This document shows, piece after piece, positions 8,476-18,370 of a DNA stretch of 64,000 nt. The position numbers were made by a program, and so were the translations under genes. The notes beneath the pieces are model-generated. The model did not search any database. It was given only the letters and a program-made list of their open reading frames with translations, and was not told the origin of the DNA. The stretch is from an uncultured Veillonellaceae bacterium. Lineage in GTDB: Bacteria > Bacillota > Negativicutes > JARBTT01. Within the stretch, counting starts at the first letter, position 1. Each line of letters starts with the position of its first letter. Location: NCBI GenBank assembly GCA_963805085.1, contig CAWDTA010000002.1:1568001-1632000 (forward strand), read 5' to 3'.

Positions 8476-10743
8476 TTACTTAACATATTTCTTTAGATAT
8501 TGCCCCGTGATCGAGGAGGTACAGTTTATTAAATCTTCTGTCAATCCCTCAAACATTACGTTACCGCCGTTTTGTCCGGCGAGAGGTCCTAAATCAATAA
8601 CCCAATCTGCTTGACTAATAACATCTAAATTATGTTCTATCACAATTACGGTACTACCTTGTTCAACGAGGCGGTTCAAAATTTTAAGAAGCTGGGAGAT
8701 ATCTGACATATGAAGTCCGGTAGTCGGTTCATCCAACACATAGATGTCTCCATGGCCCTCAAGTTCTGCCGCGAGTTTTACTCTTTGCAGCTCACCGCCA
8801 GATAAAGTGTTTAATGGTTGTCCGAGTGTAATATAAGTGATTCCTACCTCTGCTAGTCCTGTTAAGATTGCTGATATTTCTTTTTCATAGAAAAATTCTA
8901 AGGCTTCGGCGACTGTCATTTTTAAAATTTCACTTATGTTTCTGTCACGCAATTTATAACTCAATACTTCATCGATAAAACGGTTGCCTTGACAAACCTC
9001 GCACACAGTTACCAGCGTATCCATAAATGCCAAGTCTGTATAAGTTACTCCCAAACCCTTGCAGTTTGGGCAGGCTCCTTGTGAATTGAAGCTGAACAAA
9101 GCTGGTTTTACATGATTTGCTTTTGAAAACAGCTCCCTTATTATATCAAATATTCCAGTAAAAGTTGCGATATTAGAGCGTTTTGAGGTATGAGCTGGCT
9201 TCTGATCAATGAAAATTGTATTTGGATAAAATTTAGGTAACACCTGATTGATTAACGTGCTTTTTCCTGAGCCTGCGACCCCAGTTACGACCGTCATAGC
9301 TCTTTTGGGAATATTTACATTAATATTTTTAAGGTTATGCAAATGCGCGTTTTTGACAGATAACCATTCAGCATGGGGACTAATATTCTTTTTTAATTGT
9401 GTTTGGTTGCATAAATACTTTCCAGTAAGAGTATCTGATGATGCCAAACCATTTAGAGTACCTTGATACATTATTTTGCCACCATTTGTACCAGCTTTCG
9501 GTCCGATATCAATGATATAGTCGGCAATTTTAATAACATCCGGATCATGCTCAACGATTAGTATGGTGTTACCTTTATCACATAAAAGCTTTAATAACGT
9601 ATTAATTTTATTTACATCATGAGGATGTAATCCAATACTCGGTTCATCAAAAATATAAGTAATATCTGTTAAGCTGCTTCCTAATTGTCGAACCATTTTT
9701 ATTCGTTGTGATTCGCCACCAGAAAGGGTTGAGGTTTCGCGGTTTAAACTCAAATAACCTAAACCAATTGAGACTAAATGCTCTAGCCGATTGTTTAGAG
9801 CCGTGACCATGGTTGCTGCCTTGGGGTCGTTAATGGTACGGAAAAAATCTAACAAATCAATAATTTGGATTTCAACGCAATCTGAGATACTTTTATTGTT
9901 TATTTTGCACTGCAAAACGGTTTGATTTAATCGAGTACCTTGGCAAAGAGGACATGTTTCTTTACTAACAATCCTAGCTATTTCTTTTTTATATTTGGTC
10001 GATTCTCCCTCTGATTTTTTCAGGAAACTTCTTTCAATTCTCGGGATAAGACCTTCATAGAGTGAAGTCTTCGGCCATTGTGGATTAGAGGTAGTTACTT
10101 TAATGTCTGACTTGTACAATAGCAAATCCAGTTCTTGCTCCGTAAAGTTTTTTATTTTCTTGTCATTATTGAAAAATCCCGAATGAATATATCTTTTTAA
10201 TCTCCATCCTCCCGGCTCAAAGGTTGGGAATAAAATTGCTCCATCATTGAGAGATTTATTTCTATCCAGTAGACGTTCCATACTTATAGTATCAATTTTT
10301 CCTAGACCATCACATCTTGGGCACATTCCAGAAGGATTGTTAAATGAAAAAACATCAGAGTAACCAATGAATGGTTCTCCTATGCGAGAGAATAATAGTC
10401 TTAGTAATGAGTATATATCTGTAATTGTTCCAACAGTCGACCTTGCATTTCCGCCAATACGTTTTTGATCGATAATAATTGCAACAGATAAATTTCTAAC
10501 AGCATCCATATTTGGCTGCCCATAGTGTGGCAAGCGATGACGAATAAAGCTTGAATACGTTTCATTTAGTTGCCTTTGTGATTCGGCAGCTATTGTATCA
10601 AATACTAAAGATGATTTCCCTGAACCTGAAACGCCGGTAAAGACAGTTATTTTTTTCTTTGGGATTTTTACATCGATACTTTTTAGATTTTTTTCTCTAG
10701 CGCCAATTACGTGTATGTATTCTTTATCATTGTTCTTATCCAT
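8476..10743 (-). CDS. Class II UvrA / DrrC-like excinuclease ATPase
   Basis: Two ABC domains (GVSGSGKSS and GVAGSGKST), LSGGE signatures and zinc-finger CxxC pairs. About 755 aa, so it lacks the UvrB-binding insertion of full-length UvrA. Confidence 0.88.
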   Translation of the reverse strand: MDKNNDKEYIHVIGAREKNLKSIDVKIPKKKITVFTGVSGSGKSSLVFDTIAAESQRQLNETYSSFIRHRLPHYGQPNMDAVRNLSVAIIIDQKRIGGNARSTVGTITDIYSLLRLLFSRIGEPFIGYSDVFSFNNPSGMCPRCDGLGKIDTISMERLLDRNKSLNDGAILFPTFEPGGWRLKRYIHSGFFNNDKKIKNFTEQELDLLLYKSDIKVTTSNPQWPKTSLYEGLIPRIERSFLKKSEGESTKYKKEIARIVSKETCPLCQGTRLNQTVLQCKINNKSISDCVEIQIIDLLDFFRTINDPKAATMVTALNNRLEHLVSIGLGYLSLNRETSTLSGGESQRIKMVRQLGSSLTDITYIFDEPSIGLHPHDVNKINTLLKLLCDKGNTILIVEHDPDVIKIADYIIDIGPKAGTNGGKIMYQGTLNGLASSDTLTGKYLCNQTQLKKNISPHAEWLSVKNAHLHNLKNINVNIPKRAMTVVTGVAGSGKSTLINQVLPKFYPNTIFIDQKPAHTSKRSNIATFTGIFDIIRELFSKANHVKPALFSFNSQGACPNCKGLGVTYTDLAFMDTLVTVCEVCQGNRFIDEVLSYKLRDRNISEILKMTVAEALEFFYEKEISAILTGLAEVGITYITLGQPLNTLSGGELQRVKLAAELEGHGDIYVLDEPTTGLHMSDISQLLKILNRLVEQGSTVIVIEHNLDVISQADWVIDLGPLAGQNGGNVMFEGLTEDLINCTSSITGQYLKKYVK

Positions 10744-10799
10744 AAATTTACCTTCCAAAAAGCTATTATTTAAAACAAATTACATTACTGTATAAATAT

Positions 10800-10812
10800 A
10801 TAACCTGGTTAT
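10800..10812. promoter_or_regulatory. Palindrome upstream of the uvrA2-marR unit, candidate MarR operator
   Basis: ATAACC-T-GGTTAT about 57 bp upstream of the uvrA2 start. Confidence 0.4.
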
Positions 10813-11263
10813 GTATATTGTAGTACTTTTCTTTTTTGATTACAATAGCAATTTACAAGCCAGATCAATAGAGAGGCTAGGTTATGGTGCTATTTTTCTC
10901 AATTGAAATTTATGGCGTTTTGGCAGAGGCTTTTTGATTTGTAAAATTAAATTTGTTTAGGAATGAAATTAGGATTTTGTAATGCTGATTTTTAGTACTA
11001 GTTCGAGTAACGGAGGAATATCCCTGCCTGATTAAGAAAGTGTATAGGTTCTTCAAGTAGCCAAAGATACTCCAATTAGTGAGCCAATGTATTAGTTTGA
11101 CAGCTAGGAATTTTTCAATATAATGCAAGATAAGGAGCAAATAGTCCAGTGACTGTTTTGCCCCTTAAAATTTATTTGCTCTTTTTATGCCAATTGGAGT
11201 TTACATAGAATCAGGGGTACACGCAAAAAACAAGACAAAACCATCGCCCCTTTGTCTGTTTAT

Positions 11264-12973
11264 TTATTTCACCTCGATATAATCAAGCTCGGCATACCCA
11301 GTACCTCCCGTGAAGTAAGGACTTCCTTTAGCCAATCTTATTATATTAATACCTGCCTTAAGGTCTAAATTGGTATTTACACTAGAAAAATTTGCCCAAC
11401 CACCTGTTGCTGGATATGAAATGGTTGACCATCCTCCTCCATTATACGCCAAACCTTGTGTTGAAGTTGACCCATTCCCATTAGCATATCTTATTGTCAT
11501 TGTATATGTTTTGGTAGTAGGTACATTTACCGTAAAATCTATATAGCTGTATACAGGGGTAGTAGAATCGTTATAATCAATTTGACCAACATATTTTCCG
11601 TTTGAGGCATTTGCACTAGAGAATATATTCGCATTACTTATAGAAGCATTCTCCGCTTCATATAATGTTTGTGTTTTGCTTATACCAGGTGTTACATAAA
11701 CACGGTAGCCACTAGTGCTGTTGGTATCTTTTATTGGTACTGTGATAGTACCGTTAGATACAGTATAATTAGCTGCAGAAACTGTGGTTGGACCACTTAC
11801 AGCAGTATCTTTACTTGTCCAATCTACTTTCTCTACCTTAACGGTTGCTGTTGAGCCGATGAAAGATGGAATATTTTTAAGTGTCACATTGATCGTTCCG
11901 TCATTTACTCCGCCTAAAAGTGTGCTTATATATTTAGCACTTGAATCAACACAAGCAAAACCGTCTACTTTGGTACTATCATCATTTGGAGGTGTTACAT
12001 TAACCATATTACCGGTCATGTCACCATACCATTTATAGAACCACCATCCAGCTCCCTTTTGTGTATTTGATGCCATAAGGCTTCCTAACCTGCCTGGAGC
12101 AGCTGTCCACCACCATGAAATACAAGCTGAATCTACTAAATTACGTTCGAATTTTGCTATATAACGTGCGGATGATCCTGGTTGTCCTTCGGCATAATGA
12201 TCAGTATCGCAATACTCATTTATTGAAATTTTCTTTGCTGGTATTCCAAGTGTATTTTCTAACGCTTTTAAGTCTTCAATATTATTAGAAACACCTTCAA
12301 TTCCTCCAAGTTCATGCCAGCAAATTACATCTGGAAGACAATTGTTGTTTTTACAGAAAGTAAGGAAGTCCTTCATCTTGTCATGGCTATAATAGCATTC
12401 AGAAGGTCCTATAATCGGAGTAGCTGGATCTAATGAACGGATCAAATTGTAGGTTTCAAGCCACATTTGATTAAAAGTTACGGAAGTGTTTGTCCAAGTA
12501 CAATATGGCTCGTTCCATATCTCATAACCGTAGAAATTCGAATACCCTGATGCTTTTTTGCTTTTGATTACTGTAGTAACTTTACTAAGCCAATCAGTCA
12601 TATTTGTAAATGAATAGGGCCAGTTTGGAAATACATCCGCCAATCTAATCATAACTTTTCCAGTTGTGCCAGTGAGTTGTTTTGCAACTGGTACAGCGCT
12701 CCCAATCGGTTGTTGATATCCTGATCCAGCTAGAGCTGGATTGGTAAAAACATTCGGTTTAAGAGGTGTAACCAGATTGGTAATATCAGCTGGTAGAGTC
12801 TCAGTAACTCCATACAGTGAACCACTTGCGCAATGGGTTACTTCCCTTAATGTACTTTTACAATCTACAGTCAGAGAAGTAGAGGCAAAAACAGGCTTGC
12901 TAGGAATTACACATGCAGTTAAAATCACCACGAAACTGAATACTAAGGCAAGAAATTTCTTTTTCATAATCAA
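11264..12973 (-). CDS. Secreted glycoside hydrolase (clan A, GH39-like) with C-terminal CBM35/CBM6-like module
   Basis: Signal peptide, EIWNEP acid/base motif, SINEY nucleophile, and a C-terminal YEAENA...RYANG...LKAGINIIRL...LDYIEV module. Confidence 0.75.
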   Translation of the reverse strand: MIMKKKFLALVFSFVVILTACVIPSKPVFASTSLTVDCKSTLREVTHCASGSLYGVTETLPADITNLVTPLKPNVFTNPALAGSGYQQPIGSAVPVAKQLTGTTGKVMIRLADVFPNWPYSFTNMTDWLSKVTTVIKSKKASGYSNFYGYEIWNEPYCTWTNTSVTFNQMWLETYNLIRSLDPATPIIGPSECYYSHDKMKDFLTFCKNNNCLPDVICWHELGGIEGVSNNIEDLKALENTLGIPAKKISINEYCDTDHYAEGQPGSSARYIAKFERNLVDSACISWWWTAAPGRLGSLMASNTQKGAGWWFYKWYGDMTGNMVNVTPPNDDSTKVDGFACVDSSAKYISTLLGGVNDGTINVTLKNIPSFIGSTATVKVEKVDWTSKDTAVSGPTTVSAANYTVSNGTITVPIKDTNSTSGYRVYVTPGISKTQTLYEAENASISNANIFSSANASNGKYVGQIDYNDSTTPVYSYIDFTVNVPTTKTYTMTIRYANGNGSTSTQGLAYNGGGWSTISYPATGGWANFSSVNTNLDLKAGINIIRLAKGSPYFTGGTGYAELDYIEVK

Positions 12974-13219
12974 TATCCCCTTTTATTATTGATAACCAAA
13001 CAAAAACATCGCGAACCACATCTTTTTATTGGTCTCACTAAATACATTCCGTGGTAATAAAAAAAATCAACTATTTAATAAAAACAAATCACCCTAATGC
13101 AGACGAGTACTATTTTAACCATGATAATCTCCTTTGTGATGTTTATTTATTTTAGTACTAGTTTGTGTTGAGAAAATATATTCCTGCCTAATTAAGAAAG
13201 GGTACAGGTTCATTGTTTT

Positions 13220-13894
13220 ATGGTAAGTAAAATGGAGCTTGACCAAGTATATATATGTACAAATAAAAAAGCAATCGCATGTGATTTGCTTTTAAAGTTT
13301 GGATTGACGGAAGGCTCTGCTAACACGCATCCAGGGCAAGGAACGGAAAATAGAAGATTTTTTTTCCATAATATGATGTTAGAACTTTTATGGGTTGAAA
13401 ATATGGAAGAAGTAACAAGTAACAGAACAAAACCCATGAAATTATATGAAAAATGTATGTTAAGGGGAAAAGGTATTTCTCCTTTCGGCTTGGGATTTCG
13501 TCGGACAAATGAAATAGATGATAATGCTCCGTTTCACGCTTGGAACTACCAACCGATTTATTTGCCTGGTACATTAAGAATCCAAGTTGCCAAAGATACT
13601 CCAATTAGTGAACCGATGTATTTCTATCTTTTTTTCTCTGTAAGGCAGGATCAATATACTGAAGAAAAGAAGGAACCTATAGAGCATAAGGTGCCACTGA
13701 GAGAAGTTACCTCAGTGAAAGTTTATATAAATCAGCAAAATATTTTATCAGAATCAGCAAAACTCATCGAACAGCAATCAGATGTAACCTTTGAACTTTC
13801 TAATCAAAATTTATTAGAATTAGAATTTGATCATGGGGCGCAAAAACAAAAACATGACTTCCAACCTGAATTGCCGCTAATATTTAAGCGGTAA
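13220..13894 (+). CDS. VOC/glyoxalase-like protein (Glyoxalase_3 type)
   Basis: HPGQGTENRRFFF..MLELLWV and PFGLGFR patterns. Confidence 0.7.
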   Translation: MVSKMELDQVYICTNKKAIACDLLLKFGLTEGSANTHPGQGTENRRFFFHNMMLELLWVENMEEVTSNRTKPMKLYEKCMLRGKGISPFGLGFRRTNEIDDNAPFHAWNYQPIYLPGTLRIQVAKDTPISEPMYFYLFFSVRQDQYTEEKKEPIEHKVPLREVTSVKVYINQQNILSESAKLIEQQSDVTFELSNQNLLELEFDHGAQKQKHDFQPELPLIFKR

Positions 13895-14085
13895 AGCGTG
13901 TGCCTTATAAAATTAAATTTGTTCAGGAATGAAATCAGTATTGTTGTAATACTGATATTTTTTTTGTACATACTAATGCAGATGTGATGCGTAATGAAAT
14001 ACAGTTTAGAATTGTTTTGTTTTAGTAGCCCTAAAGATATATTTGATATAATTTCCGATTTGTATTATAATAATGACAGTAGATA

Positions 14086-14102
14086 TTAGTACCTGGTGCT
14101 AA
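14086..14102. promoter_or_regulatory. FapR-type operator upstream of fabH
   Basis: TTAGTACCTGGTGCTAA, a 17-bp imperfect palindrome matching the FapR box, directly upstream of a fatty-acid synthesis gene. Confidence 0.7.
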
Positions 14103-14129
14103 AGATATAAATATTGGTGGGAGGTAACT

Positions 14130-15110
14130 ATGAATAACGAGTCAAAATCAAAAATTGTGGGACTGGGTACATACTTGCCGAAGCGAAGATTAACGAATCA
14201 TGATCTTGAAAAGATGGTGGATACAAATGATGAATGGATCGTTCGCCGTACAGGGGTAAGGGAGAGACGCTTATCAGAAAAAGATGAATTTTCCAGTGAT
14301 TTAGCAATTAAAGCGGTTGAGAATTTAATAGAAAAAAATAATGTGCAGGTGAATGATGTAGATATGGTAATCGTCACAACGTTTACCCCTGATCATTTCA
14401 CGCCAACGGTTGCCGGGTTAGTTCAAGGACATTTTGGCATGGAAAATGCCGGAACAATGGATCTAAACGCCGCCTGCACAGGCTTTGTATATGGTCTATG
14501 TGTAGCAGATTCTTTAATAACAGCCAGACATAGCAATAAGGTATTGGTCATCGCCTCGGAGGTAGTATCCAAAGTGGTGGATTATTCTGATAGAAATACC
14601 TGCGTTCTTTTTGGTGATGCGGCAGTCGCTATGTTGCTTGAAAGAACAAATGAGCAGGGAAGCTTTATTGCGTCATATTTTACTTCAGATGGAAAGCTCG
14701 CACAAAATGTTGCTTGTAGTAATTTATCAGAAAAAATAAATGGTCACGAGCTGAATAAAAAGCGTTTATTTCAGCAGGAAGGCAAGCTTTTATATGAATA
14801 TGTGGTGAAGAATATTCCTGAAGGCGTTAACAATTTATTAAAACGAAGTGATCTGACTTTTGATGATATTCAATGGTTTGTTCCGCATAGTGCCAATCTG
14901 CGGATGATCAAAGCGCTTTGCGCAAGACTTGATTTTCCGTTAGAGAAAACTCTAATTAGTAATGAGTTTTACGGTAATACATCTTCTGCATCAATTCCTC
15001 TTGCTATTTGGATTGCGCTAGAAGAAGGAAAAATAAAAACAGGCGATAAAATGTTATTGTACGGATTTGGTGCTGGCTTAACACACGGCGGAGTTGTGAT
15101 TGAGTGGTAA
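14130..15110 (+). CDS. fabH: 3-oxoacyl-ACP synthase III (FabHB-like)
   Basis: AACTGF, FGDA, PHSAN, YGNTSSAS and GFGAGLT motifs; Cys-His-Asn triad present. Confidence 0.92.
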   Translation: MNNESKSKIVGLGTYLPKRRLTNHDLEKMVDTNDEWIVRRTGVRERRLSEKDEFSSDLAIKAVENLIEKNNVQVNDVDMVIVTTFTPDHFTPTVAGLVQGHFGMENAGTMDLNAACTGFVYGLCVADSLITARHSNKVLVIASEVVSKVVDYSDRNTCVLFGDAAVAMLLERTNEQGSFIASYFTSDGKLAQNVACSNLSEKINGHELNKKRLFQQEGKLLYEYVVKNIPEGVNNLLKRSDLTFDDIQWFVPHSANLRMIKALCARLDFPLEKTLISNEFYGNTSSASIPLAIWIALEEGKIKTGDKMLLYGFGAGLTHGGVVIEW

Positions 15111-15167
15111 GGATTTTTATGAGGTTGTAGAATTAAAGACAAATACAATAGATATAGTAGATAAAAA

Positions 15168-15204
15168 AACTCTTGCTGAATGTTATATGAATTTAGCAGG
15201 AGTT
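15168..15204. terminator. CTCCTGC-family hairpin (copy 1)
   Basis: AACTCTTGCTGAAT...ATTTAGCAGGAGTT followed by T-rich sequence, after fabH. Confidence 0.65.
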
Positions 15205-15361
15205 CTTTTGCTTTTAAAATACAAGATGATTAATGATTGACAGCTAAAGAATAAGTGTGATTAAATATTTAATAATATTTATTTTCCTTGTAAAATGAAA
15301 AACTGATCATTCTAGTGATTAAAAAATATATCATACTAGTTTTAACCAAAGGAGTATAATA

Positions 15362-16303
15362 ATGAAAAAACAGAGTCTTACTAAAACCTATATCATTCTA
15401 TTACTAGTACCTTTATTTTGGGGTGGTGCATTTGGCACGACGAAGCATATTTTATCAGAACTCGGACCGTTGACGACATCAGCTCTCAGATTTATTATTG
15501 CAGGGTTGCTTATGCTTGCGTGGAGTGCTTGGCGAGGGGAACTTGTTTGGGCGAGCATTAAAAGGAATTTTTTCGCTTTGCTGGCTTTAGGTGCAACAGG
15601 CGTTTTTGCGTATAATTATTTTTTTGCTACAGGCTTGCAATATACTTCGGCGATAACAGCAGCTTTGATTATAGTCATTAATCCAGTATTCACGACTTGC
15701 TTTGCCAGTTTTTTTATGGGAGAAGCGTGGAATTGGCGTACGATCGTTGGAGTTGTTATATCCTTACTAGGTGTCTCTTTAGTTATTAGCAAAGGTGATT
15801 TGAGTATCTTGATTCATATGTCGATTGGGATTGGTGAATTATATTTATTTGGTTCAGTTGCAAGTTGGGTTGCGTATACCTTGATAGTAAAAAAAGTTAC
15901 ACGTACCATGAAAAACGGTGTAATGACTTCTGTGTCAACAATGATGGGGGCAATGATGCTACTCATTATCTCCATTGTAAAAGAAGAGCAGTGGAGTAAC
16001 GTCATGCATGTATCGAATCAAACCATGCTAGAGATAGTATATCTAGCAGTATGCAGTACCGTGTTTGCATTTCTACTCTTTAATTGGGGTGTAGAGCGTA
16101 TTGGTGCAACGAAAGCATCGGCCTATATTAACCTCACACCGATAAATGCAGCGTGGATTGCTGCGCTTCTATATGGAGAAAAAATTGCAGCTTATCATTT
16201 GATCGGTATGGCTATAACCATCGCAGGTGTACTTATTACTACGCGAAATAAAGTCCAGCCAGTAGCAATTGACGCGAGTAATATTGCTACTTCTAAAGTG
16301 TAG
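15362..16303 (+). CDS. DMT/EamA family transporter
   Basis: About 10 hydrophobic segments in two EamA repeats (LFWGG, ALRF, YGEKI). Confidence 0.88.
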   Translation: MKKQSLTKTYIILLLVPLFWGGAFGTTKHILSELGPLTTSALRFIIAGLLMLAWSAWRGELVWASIKRNFFALLALGATGVFAYNYFFATGLQYTSAITAALIIVINPVFTTCFASFFMGEAWNWRTIVGVVISLLGVSLVISKGDLSILIHMSIGIGELYLFGSVASWVAYTLIVKKVTRTMKNGVMTSVSTMMGAMMLLIISIVKEEQWSNVMHVSNQTMLEIVYLAVCSTVFAFLLFNWGVERIGATKASAYINLTPINAAWIAALLYGEKIAAYHLIGMAITIAGVLITTRNKVQPVAIDASNIATSKV

Positions 16304-16369
16304 TAGTAAAATAAAAAAGCCTATTAAACTCAAGAAATATTAGTAAATCAAATATAAATTGTATATAAA

Positions 16370-16410
16370 GAAACTCCTGCCGAATGTTAAATGTATTTGG
16401 CAGGAGTTTC
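16370..16410. terminator. CTCCTGC-family hairpin (copy 2); right arm doubles as a SigH-like -35
   Basis: GAAACTCCTGCCGAAT...ATTTGGCAGGAGTTTC. AGGA(16402)-N17-GAAT(16423) precedes the osmC-like gene. Confidence 0.65.
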
Positions 16411-16474
16411 TTGCTCTTATAAGAATATGTTATTATAAACGTGTCATAGTTATGATTTTAAGGGAGGGCTTATT

Positions 16475-16852
16475 GTGATAATTTCAGAGAGTGTGTGTGA
16501 AAATTATAAAACCGGGATCACTAACGGATCGGCGGTCATATGTTCAGATGTAACGGATGACAAGGGCGGTAGTGGAGAATGCTTTAGACCACATGATTTA
16601 TTATGTGCTGGTCTTGCTTCATGCTTGAATATTACAGCGAGAATGGTGCTGGATAAAATGAATGTTTCTTATGAAAAGGTAATTGTAAAAGTAGATTTAG
16701 ATAGAACCGATGAGGCCAGAACAGGATTTCTTTATGATGTCGATATTATTGGCGATGTTCCTGAAGAGGTGAAACAAAAGGTCATAAAATTGGTAAGTAA
16801 ATGTCCAGTACATAAGACCTTAGCTAAAGAGATTTATTTTGCGAAACTGTAG
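16475..16852 (+). CDS. OsmC family protein
   Basis: KGGSG..FRPHDLLCAGLASC and KCPVHKTL motifs. Confidence 0.85.
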   Translation: MIISESVCENYKTGITNGSAVICSDVTDDKGGSGECFRPHDLLCAGLASCLNITARMVLDKMNVSYEKVIVKVDLDRTDEARTGFLYDVDIIGDVPEEVKQKVIKLVSKCPVHKTLAKEIYFAKL

Positions 16853-16891
16853 CTAAAGTAAGTTCTTAGATTAGTATTTGTTAAACAGTAA

Positions 16892-17008
16892 AGTGCAGGC
16901 GGTGGGCAAATCGGAGAAGTAGTAAAAGCCGAGTATGCGGATGGTAGAAAAGCAATGTTTGTTTATGCAACAGATATTGAGGGGAATATTCTAGAATTAC
17001 AAAGTTGG
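16892..17008 (+). pseudogene. C-terminal fragment of a VOC/glyoxalase gene
   Basis: Reads SAGGGQIGEVVKAEYADGRKAMFVYATDIEGNILELQSW directly after a stop codon. D.EGN..EL is the VOC C-terminal motif. Confidence 0.6.
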
Positions 17009-17021
17009 TATTTAGGAGTAA

Positions 17022-17858
17022 TTGATAGGAGTGGGAGATGTCATTTTGAAGAGAACTATCGGTAGCATCATCTTTTTGGTAGTTGTAATATCATGTTACT
17101 TTATCCAAAAAGCTTTTAATGCCGACGAACAAAAGGCTGCAAAAAGTGAATCGTTGACTTCACTTGCACCATCTATATCTGAAACTATTGAACCAGCGGA
17201 TACTTTTGTGGAGAAAAAAGGTGCATTTACATATAACAATCAAAAAATTCAATACCTACTTATTTTCCCTGCAAAATACACACAAACCACAGACAAATGG
17301 CCAATGATTTTGTTTTTACATGGAAGTTCGCTCCGCGGACAAAATTTAGATTTAGTGAAAGAATATGGACCAACCTGGTTTGCAGAGCAACGTAATGATT
17401 TTCCCTTTGTTATTCTTGCACCACAATGTGCTGAAAACGATAATTGGGATAATAAAGCAGATGTTTTGGTTGCGTTAATTGATGATGTTTTAAAAAAATA
17501 TCGTATAAACGAGGACAATGTTTATTTGACTGGAACAAGTATGGGGGGCAGGGGGACATGGACAGTAGCTCGTGAGCACCCCGAATATTTTGCTGCGATA
17601 GCTCCTTTAGCTGCGGCTAGACCAAAAGTTCCAAACACTTGGAATCAACTAATGCTTTCAATGCCAATATGGGCTTTTCATGGTGAAAAAGATACGGTTG
17701 CTCCCTTGAAAGATGATGAAGCAATTATAGATTCACTACGTAATCAGGGAGGTACACCTCGTTTCACAATTTTGCCTAATAAAGGACACAAAATTGCCGG
17801 TGTATATAAAAATCAAGAGCTTTATGATTGGTTTCTTACGAATACTCGTAAACAGTGA
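17022..17858 (+). CDS. Membrane-anchored alpha/beta hydrolase (predicted peptidase/esterase)
   Basis: N-terminal TM helix, FLHGS, LAPQC, GTSMGG nucleophile, FHGEKD and GH motifs. Confidence 0.8.
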   Translation: MIGVGDVILKRTIGSIIFLVVVISCYFIQKAFNADEQKAAKSESLTSLAPSISETIEPADTFVEKKGAFTYNNQKIQYLLIFPAKYTQTTDKWPMILFLHGSSLRGQNLDLVKEYGPTWFAEQRNDFPFVILAPQCAENDNWDNKADVLVALIDDVLKKYRINEDNVYLTGTSMGGRGTWTVAREHPEYFAAIAPLAAARPKVPNTWNQLMLSMPIWAFHGEKDTVAPLKDDEAIIDSLRNQGGTPRFTILPNKGHKIAGVYKNQELYDWFLTNTRKQ

Positions 17859-18123
17859 GATAATTTTTAACCTTGTATCAAAGCACATTGCATAACGGTA
17901 ATTGCTTGACCTGACAAAAGGACGCGGTCATCTTGCAGCGTAACCTTGACTATTTCCTTTGTAATGAGGGATACCATTTAAATTTGTCACTGATAGATGA
18001 ATAGTTTAGATGTCGAAAAGTGTATACTGTAGACAGGCTAAAATCTTGTTGACACCAATTTACCAGTTTGTTAGTATAAATATAAATGGAGTAATATCCT
18101 ATGATAAAAAATAATAAAAGCTG

Positions 18124-18295
18124 GAATGATGGTTATAGGAGAGATCGCGAAAGCGGCGCCGAAGGAGCAAGAACTTTGTCAAACTCTCAGGCAAAAAGAA
18201 CCGTAACCGGACTACACTCTGGAGAGAATGCTCAGGTAATGGGCGTCACCGATGGGGAGCCTTTTAGGCAAAACTCTCAGGTACAACAGACAGAG
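18124..18295 (+). promoter_or_regulatory. Tandem glycine riboswitch
   Basis: Two aptamers with GGAGAG...CCGA(A/T)GG...CTCTCAGG cores, upstream of gcvT. Confidence 0.93.
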
Positions 18296-18338
18296 ACAAA
18301 GGTGGATTCGTCCGCCTTTGTCCCTGTCTTTATTTTTT
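18289..18338 (+). terminator. Expression-platform terminator of the glycine riboswitch
   Basis: GACAGAGACAAAGGTGGA-ttcg-TCCGCCTTTGTCCCTGTC followed by a T-rich run; overlaps the aptamer 2 P1 3' strand. Confidence 0.8.
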
Positions 18339-18370
18339 ACCTAAATATAAGAAGGAAGAGGAGAGTCACT

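Noticed and set aside
18101-18370. 90-aa N-terminal extension of GcvT in the ORF track
   Set aside because: The region is the tandem glycine riboswitch and its terminator; GcvT homology and the RBS begin at ATG 18371.
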